Shown here piece by piece: positions 1 to 9,555 of a DNA stretch of 64,000 bases (the stretch's first letter is position 1; each line of letters starts with the position of its first letter). The DNA is from Alistipes sp. (GTDB taxonomy: Bacteria > Bacteroidota > Bacteroidia > Bacteroidales > Rikenellaceae): assembly GCA_017647025.1 (NCBI GenBank), contig JAGCLL010000043.1, forward strand, positions 1,598-65,597, given 5' to 3'. The notes under the pieces were generated by a model. The model saw nothing but the letters and a program-made list of their open reading frames with translations, ran no database searches and was not told where the DNA came from. A program made the position numbers and the translations under genes.

Positions 1-1
1 G

Positions 2-826
2 ACAGTTATCGACAAGGGTATGGACTCGGAGGACAGCAAGGTGCTCAACTGCGTGGCTACCGCAAAGAAGTATCTTCCAGTATGTTATCAGGGTGTAGGT
101 CTTTCGGCTGCATCGCAGAAGAACTATCCTAAGGCTATCGAGTACCTCACAAAGGCTGCCGAGATTGCAGAGTTGTATGGTAACACCCCTGCAAAGACCA
201 AGGCTAACACTATCCTTGCAAAGGTTTATCAGGTACAGGGTGGTGAGGCATTCAACGCTAAGGATTACGCTACTGCTGCTTCGGTATTCGAGAAGGGTTA
301 CAAGGCAAATCCTCGTAACGCAGAGATGGCATTGAACCTCGCAACTTCGTACTGCGAGTTGGGCAAGTATGACGAGGGTATGGCAATCTACGACAAAATT
401 TGCAAGATGCCGGCTGACAAGTATGCTGCTGCTATCGCAAAGGCAGAGGCTAACAAGACTCTCTACACCAACAACAAGGTTGCAAGTATGCAGAAGGCTG
501 GCGACTTCGATGGCGTTATCGCAATGGCTGACAAGTTGGCTGTATCGGCTCCTGCTCTTGCAGAGAAGATTCGCATCGAGGCTTACAACGGCAAGAAGGA
601 CTATGCAAAGGTTATCGCACTCGGCAATGCTGCTGCTTCGGCACAGACAACCGAGGAGGATAAGAGCGCAGTTTACTTCCTTGTAGGTGCTGCATACAAC
701 GCACAGTACAATGCAGGTGGCAACAAGGATGCTGCTCTTCGTGAGAAGGCTGTTGCGACTTTGAAGAAGGTTACTGCTGGTGCAAGCGTTGAGGCTGCAA
801 AGGCTGCTTTGGCAGGTTTGGAGTAG
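2..826 (+). CDS. Tetratricopeptide-repeat protein, 5' truncated by window edge
   Basis: Frame is open from base 2 (TVIDKG before the Met at 20); repeated TPR-like helices (KNYPKAIEYLTKA, KDYATAASVFEKG, LGKYDEGMAIYDK). Confidence 0.8.
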   Translation, partial: TVIDKGMDSEDSKVLNCVATAKKYLPVCYQGVGLSAASQKNYPKAIEYLTKAAEIAELYGNTPAKTKANTILAKVYQVQGGEAFNAKDYATAASVFEKGYKANPRNAEMALNLATSYCELGKYDEGMAIYDKICKMPADKYAAAIAKAEANKTLYTNNKVASMQKAGDFDGVIAMADKLAVSAPALAEKIRIEAYNGKKDYAKVIALGNAAASAQTTEEDKSAVYFLVGAAYNAQYNAGGNKDAALREKAVATLKKVTAGASVEAAKAALAGLE

Positions 827-846
827 TAAAAACTAACCAATATATG

Positions 847-881
847 AAACGGCAGGGGTGCAAACCTCTGCCGTTTATTTT
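847..881. terminator. Bidirectional intrinsic terminator
   Basis: AAACGGCAGGGGT-GCAA-ACCTCTGCCGTTT hairpin plus T-rich tail between convergent genes. Confidence 0.8.
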
Positions 882-884
882 CTT

Positions 885-1283
885 CTACTCCACCATCGGT
901 GCATCTTCAACACCCGCTTCTCGCACCACCGCCATCATCTCCTCACGCAGAGCCTTCGGTGTTACATTCTCTCGAATTACAGTGAGGTAAGAGTGGCGAA
1001 TTTCTCGCTCCACGATATTGCGTGGTAACTGCTCAAAGTAGATGTCGTTCCAATGTTTTTTGTTGAAGTGCCACGCAGGGGTTATAGCCGAGAGGTGCTC
1101 ATCTCGTAGCACTACGGCTCTATCGGGCTGGCATTTGACTGCAATACGCTCGGCGTGCTCCAACACGCAACAAGCAAACATCTTTCCGCCCACCTTATAG
1201 ACTACCGCATCATCGCCAAAGGGTTGGCACTCTTCCACCAAAGGCAACGACAAGATAAATTCTCGTAAATCGACAATATCCAT
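885..1283 (-). CDS. MmcQ/YjbR family protein
   Basis: PFGDDAVVYKVGGKMFA, VKC.P and ITPAWHFNKKHWN motifs. Confidence 0.9.
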   Translation of the reverse strand: MDIVDLREFILSLPLVEECQPFGDDAVVYKVGGKMFACCVLEHAERIAVKCQPDRAVVLRDEHLSAITPAWHFNKKHWNDIYFEQLPRNIVEREIRHSYLTVIRENVTPKALREEMMAVVREAGVEDAPMVE

Positions 1284-1300
1284 ATCTCAAACCATAAAAA

Positions 1301-1346
1301 GTAGCGAGTCCGCAGCATACTTACTCGTATGAGAGGAACTCGCTAC
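1301..1346. repeat. Palindromic element, short copy (RPE-like)
   Basis: GTAGCGAGT...ACTCGCTAC outer stem around CGCAGCATAC-loop-GTATGAGAGGA; shares its core with 1900-2021. Confidence 0.65.
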
Positions 1347-1385
1347 CTGCTGATTTATGCGAAATCTACTCGCCAGTACTTTTTC

Positions 1386-1841
1386 TTACTTCTTCTCTTT
1401 GAGCAAATCTCTAATCTCGGTAAGCAACACCTCCTCCTTCGATGGTGCCGGAGGTGCCGGAGGAATTGCAGGCTTCTCCTCTTCCTTCTTCTTCAAGTTC
1501 GAGAGTTTAGTCATAAACTTCACGAGCAAGAATACACACAACGCCAAGATTGTGAAATCTACAACCTGCTGAATAAATGCGCCATAGTTCCAATAGACTG
1601 GCTCTGACGGTGCAGCGCCCTCGCTAACAACCGATACGGCGGCATCCTTCAACGCTGCAAGATTTACCTTCAAATCCTTGAAATTGACATTGCCCAAAAG
1701 CATACCGATTGGCGGCATAAGGATGTCGTTTACCAACGATGTAACAATTTTTCCAAAAGCACCACCGATGATAACACCGACAGCCATATCCATCACATTG
1801 CCCTTCAATGCGAAAGCCTTAAATTCCTTCAAAAATCCCAT
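1386..1841 (-). CDS. mscL: Large-conductance mechanosensitive channel
   Basis: [36 protein letters not shown]-terminus, [10 protein letters not shown]-terminus. Confidence 0.97.
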   Translation of the reverse strand: MGFLKEFKAFALKGNVMDMAVGVIIGGAFGKIVTSLVNDILMPPIGMLLGNVNFKDLKVNLAALKDAAVSVVSEGAAPSEPVYWNYGAFIQQVVDFTILALCVFLLVKFMTKLSNLKKKEEEKPAIPPAPPAPSKEEVLLTEIRDLLKEKK

Positions 1842-1899
1842 AAGTTTAAGTTTTTTAATTGATAATTGACAATTAGTAGTATTTTTATTTACAAATCTA

Positions 1900-2021
1900 A
1901 AAGTTGTATAACAAGAGGGATTTCAAGGCTTGCAAGGCGTTGAGTGCGCAGCATACTCAGGCGTATGTGAGGAACTCAACGACCGAAGCATAACGCAGAA
2001 ATCACCTTGTTAGACGGCTTT
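1900..2021. repeat. Palindromic element, long copy (RPE-like) with imperfect terminal inverted repeats
   Basis: AAAGTTGTATAACAAGAGGGATTTC ... GAAATCACCTTGTTAGACGGCTTT ends; inner GTTGAGT...CGCAGCATAC-loop-GTATGTGAGGA-ACTCAAC. Confidence 0.7.
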
Positions 2022-4138
2022 TATCCTACAATAAGTAGCACTGCATCAGTAGCAACATTGTCGCCCTCGGCAACTGCCACCTGCTGAACAGTACCGTCAT
2101 AGTCTGAGGTGATAGAGTTCTCCATTTTCATAGCCTCCAATACAGCCACCTCATCGCCAGCCTTTACGGTGTCACCCACCTTGACTTTCAACGAGATAAC
2201 ACGACCTGGGAGTGGAGCAACAATTTTATTGCCCGAAACCGCCTTCGCTGCAACAGGCTCTGCCTTTGCTGCAACAGGCGCCTCGCCCAACTCAATAAGT
2301 ACTGTATCGGTTGCAACATTCTCGCCTGCAACAACCAAAATCTGCTTAACATAACCCGCAGCATCCGAAGTGATAGAGTTCTCCATCTTCATAGCCTCTA
2401 ATACGGCAACCTCCTGACCTACTGCTACTGCATCGCCGACCTTAACCTTGAACTCGATAACCTTGCCCGGAAGTGGAGCAACGATAGTATGACCGGTGAT
2501 TGGCTGTGCCTTTGGCTCTGCTACCGCCTCTGCCTCCTTTGCAGGAGCCTCGGCTGCTGCCTTTGCCTGATACGCCTTGGTCTTGACACCTGTGAGGTAT
2601 GGTTTTGCTACAAGTGGGAATAATTCGAGCAACAACATCTCCTTCTCGTTCTCTGCCAACTTAACGCCACCAGCCTCTGGAAGTTCTGGATTTGGCTGAC
2701 TCTGATACTTCGATATATCGTAATTGCTCTCCTCACGAACACCACAAATCTTAAATCGGAACTCTGCATCTACCGGCACAGGAGTAGTTCCGTACTCACC
2801 CTTAACAAGGCTTACAAACTGGTTGTTCTTTGTGGTATACATCGGGCGACCTGCTTTCAAGTCGAGTGCGCAGTTTACCGCCTGTGCGCCCACAATCTGC
2901 GATGTAGGGGTAACGAGTGGTGGCAAACCAGCCGAAAGGCGCACCTCTGGAATCAACTCCATAGCCTTTGGCAAAATATCCTCTGCCTTCAACGCCTGCA
3001 ACTGCGCCACCATATTCGAGTACATACCACCTGGAATCTCCGCCTCCTGAACGAGTTTATTCGGAGCAGGGAAGCCGAAGTAAGCCTCAATCTTCTGGGC
3101 TGCATCGAGCAATGTCGCAAAGTCCTCCTTCTCCGCAGCAGCAACTGCACGGTTGAGTTGCTCCTCAACCTCGGCAGGGGTGGCATCTACAACTGGGTTG
3201 AATGGTTTTGGTGCAGGCTTATCCTTACCAAATACCGAGATATTCAACTCCGAGCGAATATCCTTCAACTGCTCATTAATCTTTGCAACAGCCTCCATAT
3301 TTACACCCAAATCGATGCCGAGTTTCTGGCAGAAGAGGTATACCAACTCCAACGCAGGAGCACCAGTACCACCACCAAACCACCAGCAGTTGGTATCTAC
3401 AACATCAACGCCCGCAGCAATAGCAGCATAGACCGATGCAAGACCATAGCCAGGAGTACAGTGGGTATGGAAATCGACTGCAATACCCGTAGCAGCCTTC
3501 AATTTCTTAACGAGTGCGTAAACTCGCTGTGGCGGAATCAAACCCGACATATCCTTGATTGTAATCATATCGGCACCCAAACCTGCCAACACCTTCGCCT
3601 TCTCTACGAAGTACTCATCGGTAAATACAGGTGCAGGATTCTTCTTGCCCATCAATTTCTGCCAGAACGACAACTTCGGATATTTAGGATCTACGGTGTA
3701 GCAGACTGCACAGTCGGCAATACCGCCATACTTCTTTACATATTTAATAGTAGACTTAACATTCTCAACATCGTTCAAGCAGTCGAAGATACGCATAATA
3801 CCCAAACCGCTCTCGATAGAGTTGCGGCAGAAACCCTCGATAATCTCGTCGGTATAAGGAGCATAACCAAAGAGATTACGGCCACGAGAGAGGGCTGTAA
3901 GTTTAGAAATATCGCCAATCTCTTTTTTGATACTTTCGAGGCGATACCAAGGATTCTCGCCAAGGTAGCGCATCACAGAGTCTGGCACAGCACCACCCCA
4001 CACCTCCATAGCATAGAAGTGTGCATCTTTGTAGTAAGGCAGGCATCGCTCCACCTGCGCTTGTGTCATACGAGTTGCAAAAGAGGATTGCTGTCCATCA
4101 CGCAAACTCAAATCTCTAATTTTAAGACTCTTTGCCAT
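2021..4138 (-). CDS. Pyruvate/oxaloacetate carboxyltransferase (OadA/PycB-like) with two C-terminal biotinyl domains
   Basis: LRDGQQS, EVWGGA, IKDMSG, FHTHCT, PGGMYSN, PPLVTPTSQIVG motifs; two EAMKM biotinylation motifs. Confidence 0.9.
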   Translation of the reverse strand: MAKSLKIRDLSLRDGQQSSFATRMTQAQVERCLPYYKDAHFYAMEVWGGAVPDSVMRYLGENPWYRLESIKKEIGDISKLTALSRGRNLFGYAPYTDEIIEGFCRNSIESGLGIMRIFDCLNDVENVKSTIKYVKKYGGIADCAVCYTVDPKYPKLSFWQKLMGKKNPAPVFTDEYFVEKAKVLAGLGADMITIKDMSGLIPPQRVYALVKKLKAATGIAVDFHTHCTPGYGLASVYAAIAAGVDVVDTNCWWFGGGTGAPALELVYLFCQKLGIDLGVNMEAVAKINEQLKDIRSELNISVFGKDKPAPKPFNPVVDATPAEVEEQLNRAVAAAEKEDFATLLDAAQKIEAYFGFPAPNKLVQEAEIPGGMYSNMVAQLQALKAEDILPKAMELIPEVRLSAGLPPLVTPTSQIVGAQAVNCALDLKAGRPMYTTKNNQFVSLVKGEYGTTPVPVDAEFRFKICGVREESNYDISKYQSQPNPELPEAGGVKLAENEKEMLLLELFPLVAKPYLTGVKTKAYQAKAAAEAPAKEAEAVAEPKAQPITGHTIVAPLPGKVIEFKVKVGDAVAVGQEVAVLEAMKMENSITSDAAGYVKQILVVAGENVATDTVLIELGEAPVAAKAEPVAAKAVSGNKIVAPLPGRVISLKVKVGDTVKAGDEVAVLEAMKMENSITSDYDGTVQQVAVAEGDNVATDAVLLIVG

Positions 4139-4430
4139 AGTTTTTAGGTTATTTGTTATTTTTTACTCTATTTTCATATATTCGTAAAAACAAAGTTAAT
4201 AATTTTCGGATAAAAAAAGAGCGAAAATCACAAGAAAATGATAAAAATCGAACAAAATAGGTTAGCCTCTTCGTAAAAATCTGCGAAACAGAGTGTTTTT
4301 TTTGCAATTATTTAACTAAAATCACAGTAATAACCAACTTTACTAATTTTATTTGTACATTTGTACTATCTGAAAAACAATAAGTTTACGGATATAACCC
4401 ACAAAATTAACCCTTAAATAGTATCAATTT

Positions 4431-5384
4431 ATGATACCAACAATGACCTACTTTGAGCAGGCGTTATCTGCTCCGAGTATTCATTTTTGTCGTCTACGGC
4501 AAATAGAGCCTATACGGCACAATGATCGCCCAATAATACGGCGTACTCATAGTACTATCGAGAGCGAGATATTATGGAACGATAGGCACTATCTCATCGC
4601 TTTACCCTTCAAGTCGGAGAGTATTCGCCATATCGAAGATTTGGAAGAGGAGTTGCGCAATCGCCGACAAGGTCCACTTATTAATTGTCAAATTCTCTAC
4701 AACGAACTGACGCTTACGGATTCGGTCGGTCGTAAGAGCACCTACGACATCGTTCTGCAAGAGATACCAAGCGGAATGATGCTCGAAGAGGCGGTACAAC
4801 ACTACAAGGCTGCCGATTTGCGCCGTGGCGTGGAGTTGATGAAGGAGCGACTCGATGCCATAGGTTTTTGCCACAACAATCTGCGACCATCAAACATTGT
4901 CGTATGTAGTAGTGGCGTTATCAGACCGTTGAGATATTGGTACGCCAAGTGGGAGGATTACTCCGATAACAACATATCGCAATTGAGCGAACTTATTGCC
5001 CAACACGACCTACCAGAGGGTGAGGCATCTAAACTGCCACTTATTACGACTGCTGAAAATGAATGTAGCGATAGAAAATTTCACCATAGCGGCGTTATTC
5101 GAGCCTTTCGTTGTGGTCGTTATGGCTTTCTCGACGATGATGGCCGACAGATTACCCAATTTATCTACACCTGGGCAAGTGAGTTCTGCGAAGGGCGTGC
5201 GATTGTTGCACGCAACAATAAGATGGGTGCAATAGATGGAAATGGCAAAAAGGTTATACCGGTAACTTACGACAGTTTAGAATTTGACATTGAGCAAGGT
5301 GTATTCTATGGCACACACAACGGACACAACCACTTAATAGATTATGACGGAAAACGCATCCATACCAAGAATAAAAAAGTATAG
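4431..5384 (+). CDS. Kinase-like domain plus WG-repeat protein (probable pseudokinase)
   Basis: FCHNNLRPSNI resembles HGDLKPxNI; C-terminal GRYGFLDDDG...F.EGRAIV...KMGAIDGNGK.VIP..YD repeats. Confidence 0.65.
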   Translation: MIPTMTYFEQALSAPSIHFCRLRQIEPIRHNDRPIIRRTHSTIESEILWNDRHYLIALPFKSESIRHIEDLEEELRNRRQGPLINCQILYNELTLTDSVGRKSTYDIVLQEIPSGMMLEEAVQHYKAADLRRGVELMKERLDAIGFCHNNLRPSNIVVCSSGVIRPLRYWYAKWEDYSDNNISQLSELIAQHDLPEGEASKLPLITTAENECSDRKFHHSGVIRAFRCGRYGFLDDDGRQITQFIYTWASEFCEGRAIVARNNKMGAIDGNGKKVIPVTYDSLEFDIEQGVFYGTHNGHNHLIDYDGKRIHTKNKKV

Positions 5385-5410
5385 GTCGCCTTTTCAAAGC
5401 GACCTATACT
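5378..5410. terminator. Hairpin/terminator between convergent genes
   Basis: AGTATAGGTCGC / GCGACCTATACT perfect 12-bp inverted repeat. Confidence 0.75.
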
Positions 5411-5420
5411 CATTTTATAC

Positions 5421-6713
5421 TTATATAATATCCGCAAGCACCCGTGCCATCTTTTCGACTATTTTGTCGTTGCAGAGGTTACCAATACTACCCTCGTGGG
5501 TGTGATGCACCTCACGGGTTGGAGTGTATCGCCCCTCCTGCACTGCAATGCCCACCTCTCGATAGGCCTCACGGAACGGTTTTCCCTCCAGGACAAGGCG
5601 ATTGACATCCTCAACGGTAAACAGGTAATCGTACTTTTTATCCTCCAAAATACCCTTATTAATACGGATATTCTGCAACATAAAGTCGCACATCGCCATC
5701 ACATCGCAAATCTCGGTTGTAGCAGGGAAAATCACATCCTTCAACAATTGCATATCACGATGGTAGCCGAGTGGAAGGTTGGCTGTCATCAGTGCAATCT
5801 CGTTAGGTACAGCCTGCAAGCGATTACACTTGCCACGAGTAATCTCGAATACATCAGGGTTCTTCTTGTGAGGCATAATGCTCGAACCTGTTGTAAGATT
5901 GTCAGGGAATGATATAAAACCGAAGTTCTGACACATAAACAAGCAGACATCCATCGCAAAACGACCAACGGTCGAAGCGAGTGTGGCGATAGCATAGGCG
6001 GCTGTACGCTCGGTCTTACCACGACTCATCTGCGCCGCCACAGCGTTGTAGTGGAGTGTTTCGAAGCCAAGCAACTCGGTAGTCATTGTGCGGTTAAGTG
6101 GGAACGATGAGCCATAGCCTGCTGCCGAGCCAAGTGGATTTTGGTTAGCAGTGTCGTACGCCGCAACCACCAATCGCATATCGTCAATCAGCGACTCGGC
6201 ATAAGCACCAAACCACAAACCAAACGATGATGGCATAGCGATTTGGAGGTGGGTATAGCCTGGCATAAGGGTATTCTTGTGCTCCTCGCTCAAAGCAATA
6301 AGGCGGTCAAACAACTGCTTGGTGTGATGCGCTACTTTACGCAACTCATCACGCATAAAGAGTTTCAAATCCACCAAAACTTGGTCATTGCGAGAGCGAC
6401 CAGAGTGGATTTTCTTACCCACATCACCAAGTTTGCGAGTGAGCATCAACTCCACCTGCGAGTGAACATCCTCCACGCCCTCCTCGATTACGAAGTTGCC
6501 CCTCTTTGCCTCCTCCAACAACTCCGAGAGTGCGGCAAGCAACTGCTCCAACTCGCTTTTTTCAAGCAAGCCGATAGTTTCGAGCATCTTGATATGAGCC
6601 ATTGAGCCCTCAATATCGTACTGCGCAAGGCGAAGGTCAAGCACACGGTCATTGCCTACGGTGTACTCCTCGATTGCCTTATCGGGCTCGAACCCCTTAT
6701 TCCAAAGTTTCAT
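5421..6713 (-). CDS. argH: Argininosuccinate lyase
   Basis: HSGRSRNDQV, MPGYTHLQ, GSSIMPHKKNPD. Confidence 0.97.
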   Translation of the reverse strand: MKLWNKGFEPDKAIEEYTVGNDRVLDLRLAQYDIEGSMAHIKMLETIGLLEKSELEQLLAALSELLEEAKRGNFVIEEGVEDVHSQVELMLTRKLGDVGKKIHSGRSRNDQVLVDLKLFMRDELRKVAHHTKQLFDRLIALSEEHKNTLMPGYTHLQIAMPSSFGLWFGAYAESLIDDMRLVVAAYDTANQNPLGSAAGYGSSFPLNRTMTTELLGFETLHYNAVAAQMSRGKTERTAAYAIATLASTVGRFAMDVCLFMCQNFGFISFPDNLTTGSSIMPHKKNPDVFEITRGKCNRLQAVPNEIALMTANLPLGYHRDMQLLKDVIFPATTEICDVMAMCDFMLQNIRINKGILEDKKYDYLFTVEDVNRLVLEGKPFREAYREVGIAVQEGRYTPTREVHHTHEGSIGNLCNDKIVEKMARVLADII

Positions 6714-6714
6714 T

Positions 6715-7788
6715 CTATAATCTGTTATTTAATTCTTTCAATACTCTATCGTAGAGCGCAATACCCTCCTCTATTTCGCTCACGAGGATATATTCATCTG
6801 CTGTATGCGAGCGTGAAGAGTCGCCCACACCCATCTTCAATGCAGGAAGTCCCTGCATAATCGCTCTGTCCGAAGTGGTTGGCGAGATAAACGCCTTGCG
6901 ACCAATCGCCACAGCCGATTCGACCAATGGATGCGAGAGTGCAATCGCCGAGGCACGAACTCTTGTTGAGCGAGGTTTCACATCACACTCCAACGCCTGT
7001 TGTAAAATCTCAACAACCTCCTCGTTGGAATAGGCGTCCGTAGTACGAACATCAACCACAAAGTGGCACTCGTCGGGTACTACATTGTGTTGAGTGCCTG
7101 CCGAAATCTGCGTTACGGTAATTTTGACATCACCCAACAACTCCGACACCTTCTCAAAGCGGAATTTACGGAGTTTCTCTATATCCGACATCGCCTTGTA
7201 GAGCGCATTTTCGCCCTCGTTGCGGGCGGCGTGCCCACTCTTACCGTGAGCCGTACAGTCCAACACCACCAAACCTCTCTCGCCCACCGCAGGTTGCATA
7301 GATGTCGGCTCTCCGACCAAGACCATATCCACCTTTATGCCCTCATCGGCAAGGTGTGGCAAGAATGAGCGCATACCCCTCTCGCCCATATTCTCCTCCT
7401 CGGCAGTGAGTGCAAGCAGAAGATTATATGGCAGTGCCGTTGTGTCGTAATTATTGCAGAAGGTAGCAAGCAGAGCCACCAACGACGCTCCTGCATCGTT
7501 ACTTCCCAAACCATAGAGTCTACCCTCCTCGATTGTAGGTTCAAATGGGTTGCGAGTGTAGTTTGGCGACGGTTTTACGGTGTCTTGATGTGAGTTGAGC
7601 ATCAGCGTAGGTTTCTTCGCATCGAAGCCCTGCGACAATGCCCAGATATTATTGTGATGACGACGCACCTCAACTCCTCTCGAAGCGAGTTCTGCTGCGA
7701 GAATATCTGCTGTTTCGCTCTCGTTGCCCGAAAGCGAAGGGGTTGCGATAAGTTTCGTAAGTAAGGCTATTGCCTCGTGCGCTGTCAT
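6715..7788 (-). CDS. argE: M20 family acylornithine/acylcitrulline deacylase
   Basis: LNSHQDTV, GLGSNDAG, AEEE, GEPT, HTADE motifs; arg operon context. Confidence 0.85.
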   Translation of the reverse strand: MTAHEAIALLTKLIATPSLSGNESETADILAAELASRGVEVRRHHNNIWALSQGFDAKKPTLMLNSHQDTVKPSPNYTRNPFEPTIEEGRLYGLGSNDAGASLVALLATFCNNYDTTALPYNLLLALTAEEENMGERGMRSFLPHLADEGIKVDMVLVGEPTSMQPAVGERGLVVLDCTAHGKSGHAARNEGENALYKAMSDIEKLRKFRFEKVSELLGDVKITVTQISAGTQHNVVPDECHFVVDVRTTDAYSNEEVVEILQQALECDVKPRSTRVRASAIALSHPLVESAVAIGRKAFISPTTSDRAIMQGLPALKMGVGDSSRSHTADEYILVSEIEEGIALYDRVLKELNNRL

Positions 7789-7798
7789 CGGTTTAGTT

Positions 7799-8584
7799 CT
7801 ATTTTATTGTTGAGCCCGCTGCGGGGTTTGCTACACACTCCGAGTGCTTGATTGTTACGCTGGCTACGCCTTGCTCAATAGCACGAAAGGCGTTATCAAT
7901 CTTTGGTATCATTCCCTTCGAGATAATACCCTCGTTGCGCAAAGCGGGATAGTCGGACTTGGTAATTAGCGAAATCACCGAACTATCATCCTCTACATCT
8001 CGCAAAACGCCCTGCTTCTCGAAGCAGAATATAAGGTCGGTAGGTGCAATGGTTGCCGCTGCTACCGCTACCGCCGAAGCAACACTGTCGGCATTGGAGT
8101 TAAGCAACGAGCCCATACCATCGTGAGTGATGGCACAGAATACGGGCGTTACACCACTCTGCAAGAGCGACGCAAGTAGCGAGGTGTTGATTTTCTCCGA
8201 CTCAATATCCCCAACAAAGCCGTAGTCAAGTGGCTCTGGATTGCGCTTTACGGCTGGAATCATATTGCCGTCTGCACCCGAAAAGCCAAGTGCATTACAC
8301 CCTGCCGCCTGCAACTTTGCTACTACTTGTTTGTTGATTAAACCAGCATATACCATCGTAACAACATCGAGCGTTGCCGCATCAGTTACTCGTCTACCCT
8401 CAATCATCGTGGTTGGAATCTCCAACTTCTCTGCCAGGCGTGTAGCGAGTTTTCCACCTCCGTGAATAAGGATTTTAGGCGATGGCAACTGCGCAAAGTC
8501 GGCAACAAAGCGCTCCAAAGCCGCCTCGTTGTCAATCACATTGCCACCAATCTTTACGACTGTTATATTCTTGTCAAAAGCCAT
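7799..8584 (-). CDS. argB: Acetylglutamate kinase
   Basis: VVKIGG, IHGGG, GRRVTD, NADSVA, GMIPK. Confidence 0.95.
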   Translation of the reverse strand: MAFDKNITVVKIGGNVIDNEAALERFVADFAQLPSPKILIHGGGKLATRLAEKLEIPTTMIEGRRVTDAATLDVVTMVYAGLINKQVVAKLQAAGCNALGFSGADGNMIPAVKRNPEPLDYGFVGDIESEKINTSLLASLLQSGVTPVFCAITHDGMGSLLNSNADSVASAVAVAAATIAPTDLIFCFEKQGVLRDVEDDSSVISLITKSDYPALRNEGIISKGMIPKIDNAFRAIEQGVASVTIKHSECVANPAAGSTIK

Positions 8585-9540
8585 TACTGCAAATCTTCCA
8601 ACATTCGTTTCAAGACCACCTGTGCCGAAATCTCACGATTGGCAGCCTCTGGAATTACAAGACTTGTAGGCGACTCGATAACCTCATCCGTAACAATCAT
8701 ATTGCGACGCACAGGCAAGCAGTGCATAAAGTAGGCATTGTTCGTGAGGGCCATCTTCTCGGCATCCACAGTCCAATCCTTATCCACCGAGAGCACCTTT
8801 CCGTAGTTGCTACCAGAGTATGCCGACCAGTTCTTCGCATAGATAAAGTCCGCACCCTCGAAAGCCTTGCGCTGGTCGTACTCGATGGTTGCGCCACGAG
8901 TAAACTTCTCGTCGAGTTCGTAACCCTTTGGATGGGTAATCACCAACTCGCAATCGCTTTTGAGTACCCACTCCGCAAACGAGTTTGCCACAGCCTGAGG
9001 AAGTGCTTTGGGATGTGGTGCCCAAGTTAAAACCACCTTTGGGCGAGCAGTGCGTTTATGCTCCTCGATAGTTATCATATCGGCAAAACTCTGCAACGGG
9101 TGGCGAGTTGCCGCCTCCATACTAAACACTGGTCTGCCAGAGTACTTTATGAACTGCTCGATAACTCGCTCCTCGTAGTCTGCCTTACGGTCTTGCAAAC
9201 CTGCAAATGAGCGAACTCCAATAATATCGCAATATGAACCCATCACAGGAATTGCCTCCAACAAGTGCTCCGCCTTATCGCCGTCCATAACCACACCTCG
9301 CTCGGTTTCGAGTTTCCAAGCACCTTGATTGACATCCAAGACCATCACATTCATACCGAGATTCATTGCGGCCTTCTGTGTCGACAATCGAGTACGGAGT
9401 GAGGAGTTGAAGAATATCATCAACAAGGTCTTATTCTCGCCGAGGTGCTTGTAAGCAAAGCGATCACGCTTAACCTCCAATGCCTCACGCAACGCCTCCT
9501 TCAAATAGCCAATATCCTCTACACAAGTAAACTTTTTCAT
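8584..9540 (-). CDS. argF: N-acyl (succinyl/acetyl) ornithine carbamoyltransferase, ArgF' type
   Basis: FFNSSLRTR, HPLQ, TWAPHP and HCLPVRR motifs of the AOTCase/SOTCase subfamily. Confidence 0.92.
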   Translation of the reverse strand: MKKFTCVEDIGYLKEALREALEVKRDRFAYKHLGENKTLLMIFFNSSLRTRLSTQKAAMNLGMNVMVLDVNQGAWKLETERGVVMDGDKAEHLLEAIPVMGSYCDIIGVRSFAGLQDRKADYEERVIEQFIKYSGRPVFSMEAATRHPLQSFADMITIEEHKRTARPKVVLTWAPHPKALPQAVANSFAEWVLKSDCELVITHPKGYELDEKFTRGATIEYDQRKAFEGADFIYAKNWSAYSGSNYGKVLSVDKDWTVDAEKMALTNNAYFMHCLPVRRNMIVTDEVIESPTSLVIPEAANREISAQVVLKRMLEDLQ

Positions 9541-9555
9541 CTATTTATTGTGGTG

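Noticed and set aside
3158-4147. 329-aa plus-strand ORF
   Set aside because: Antisense shadow of the carboxyltransferase with no motifs; same for 10732-11571, 11948-12856, 15079-15891 and 17825-18823
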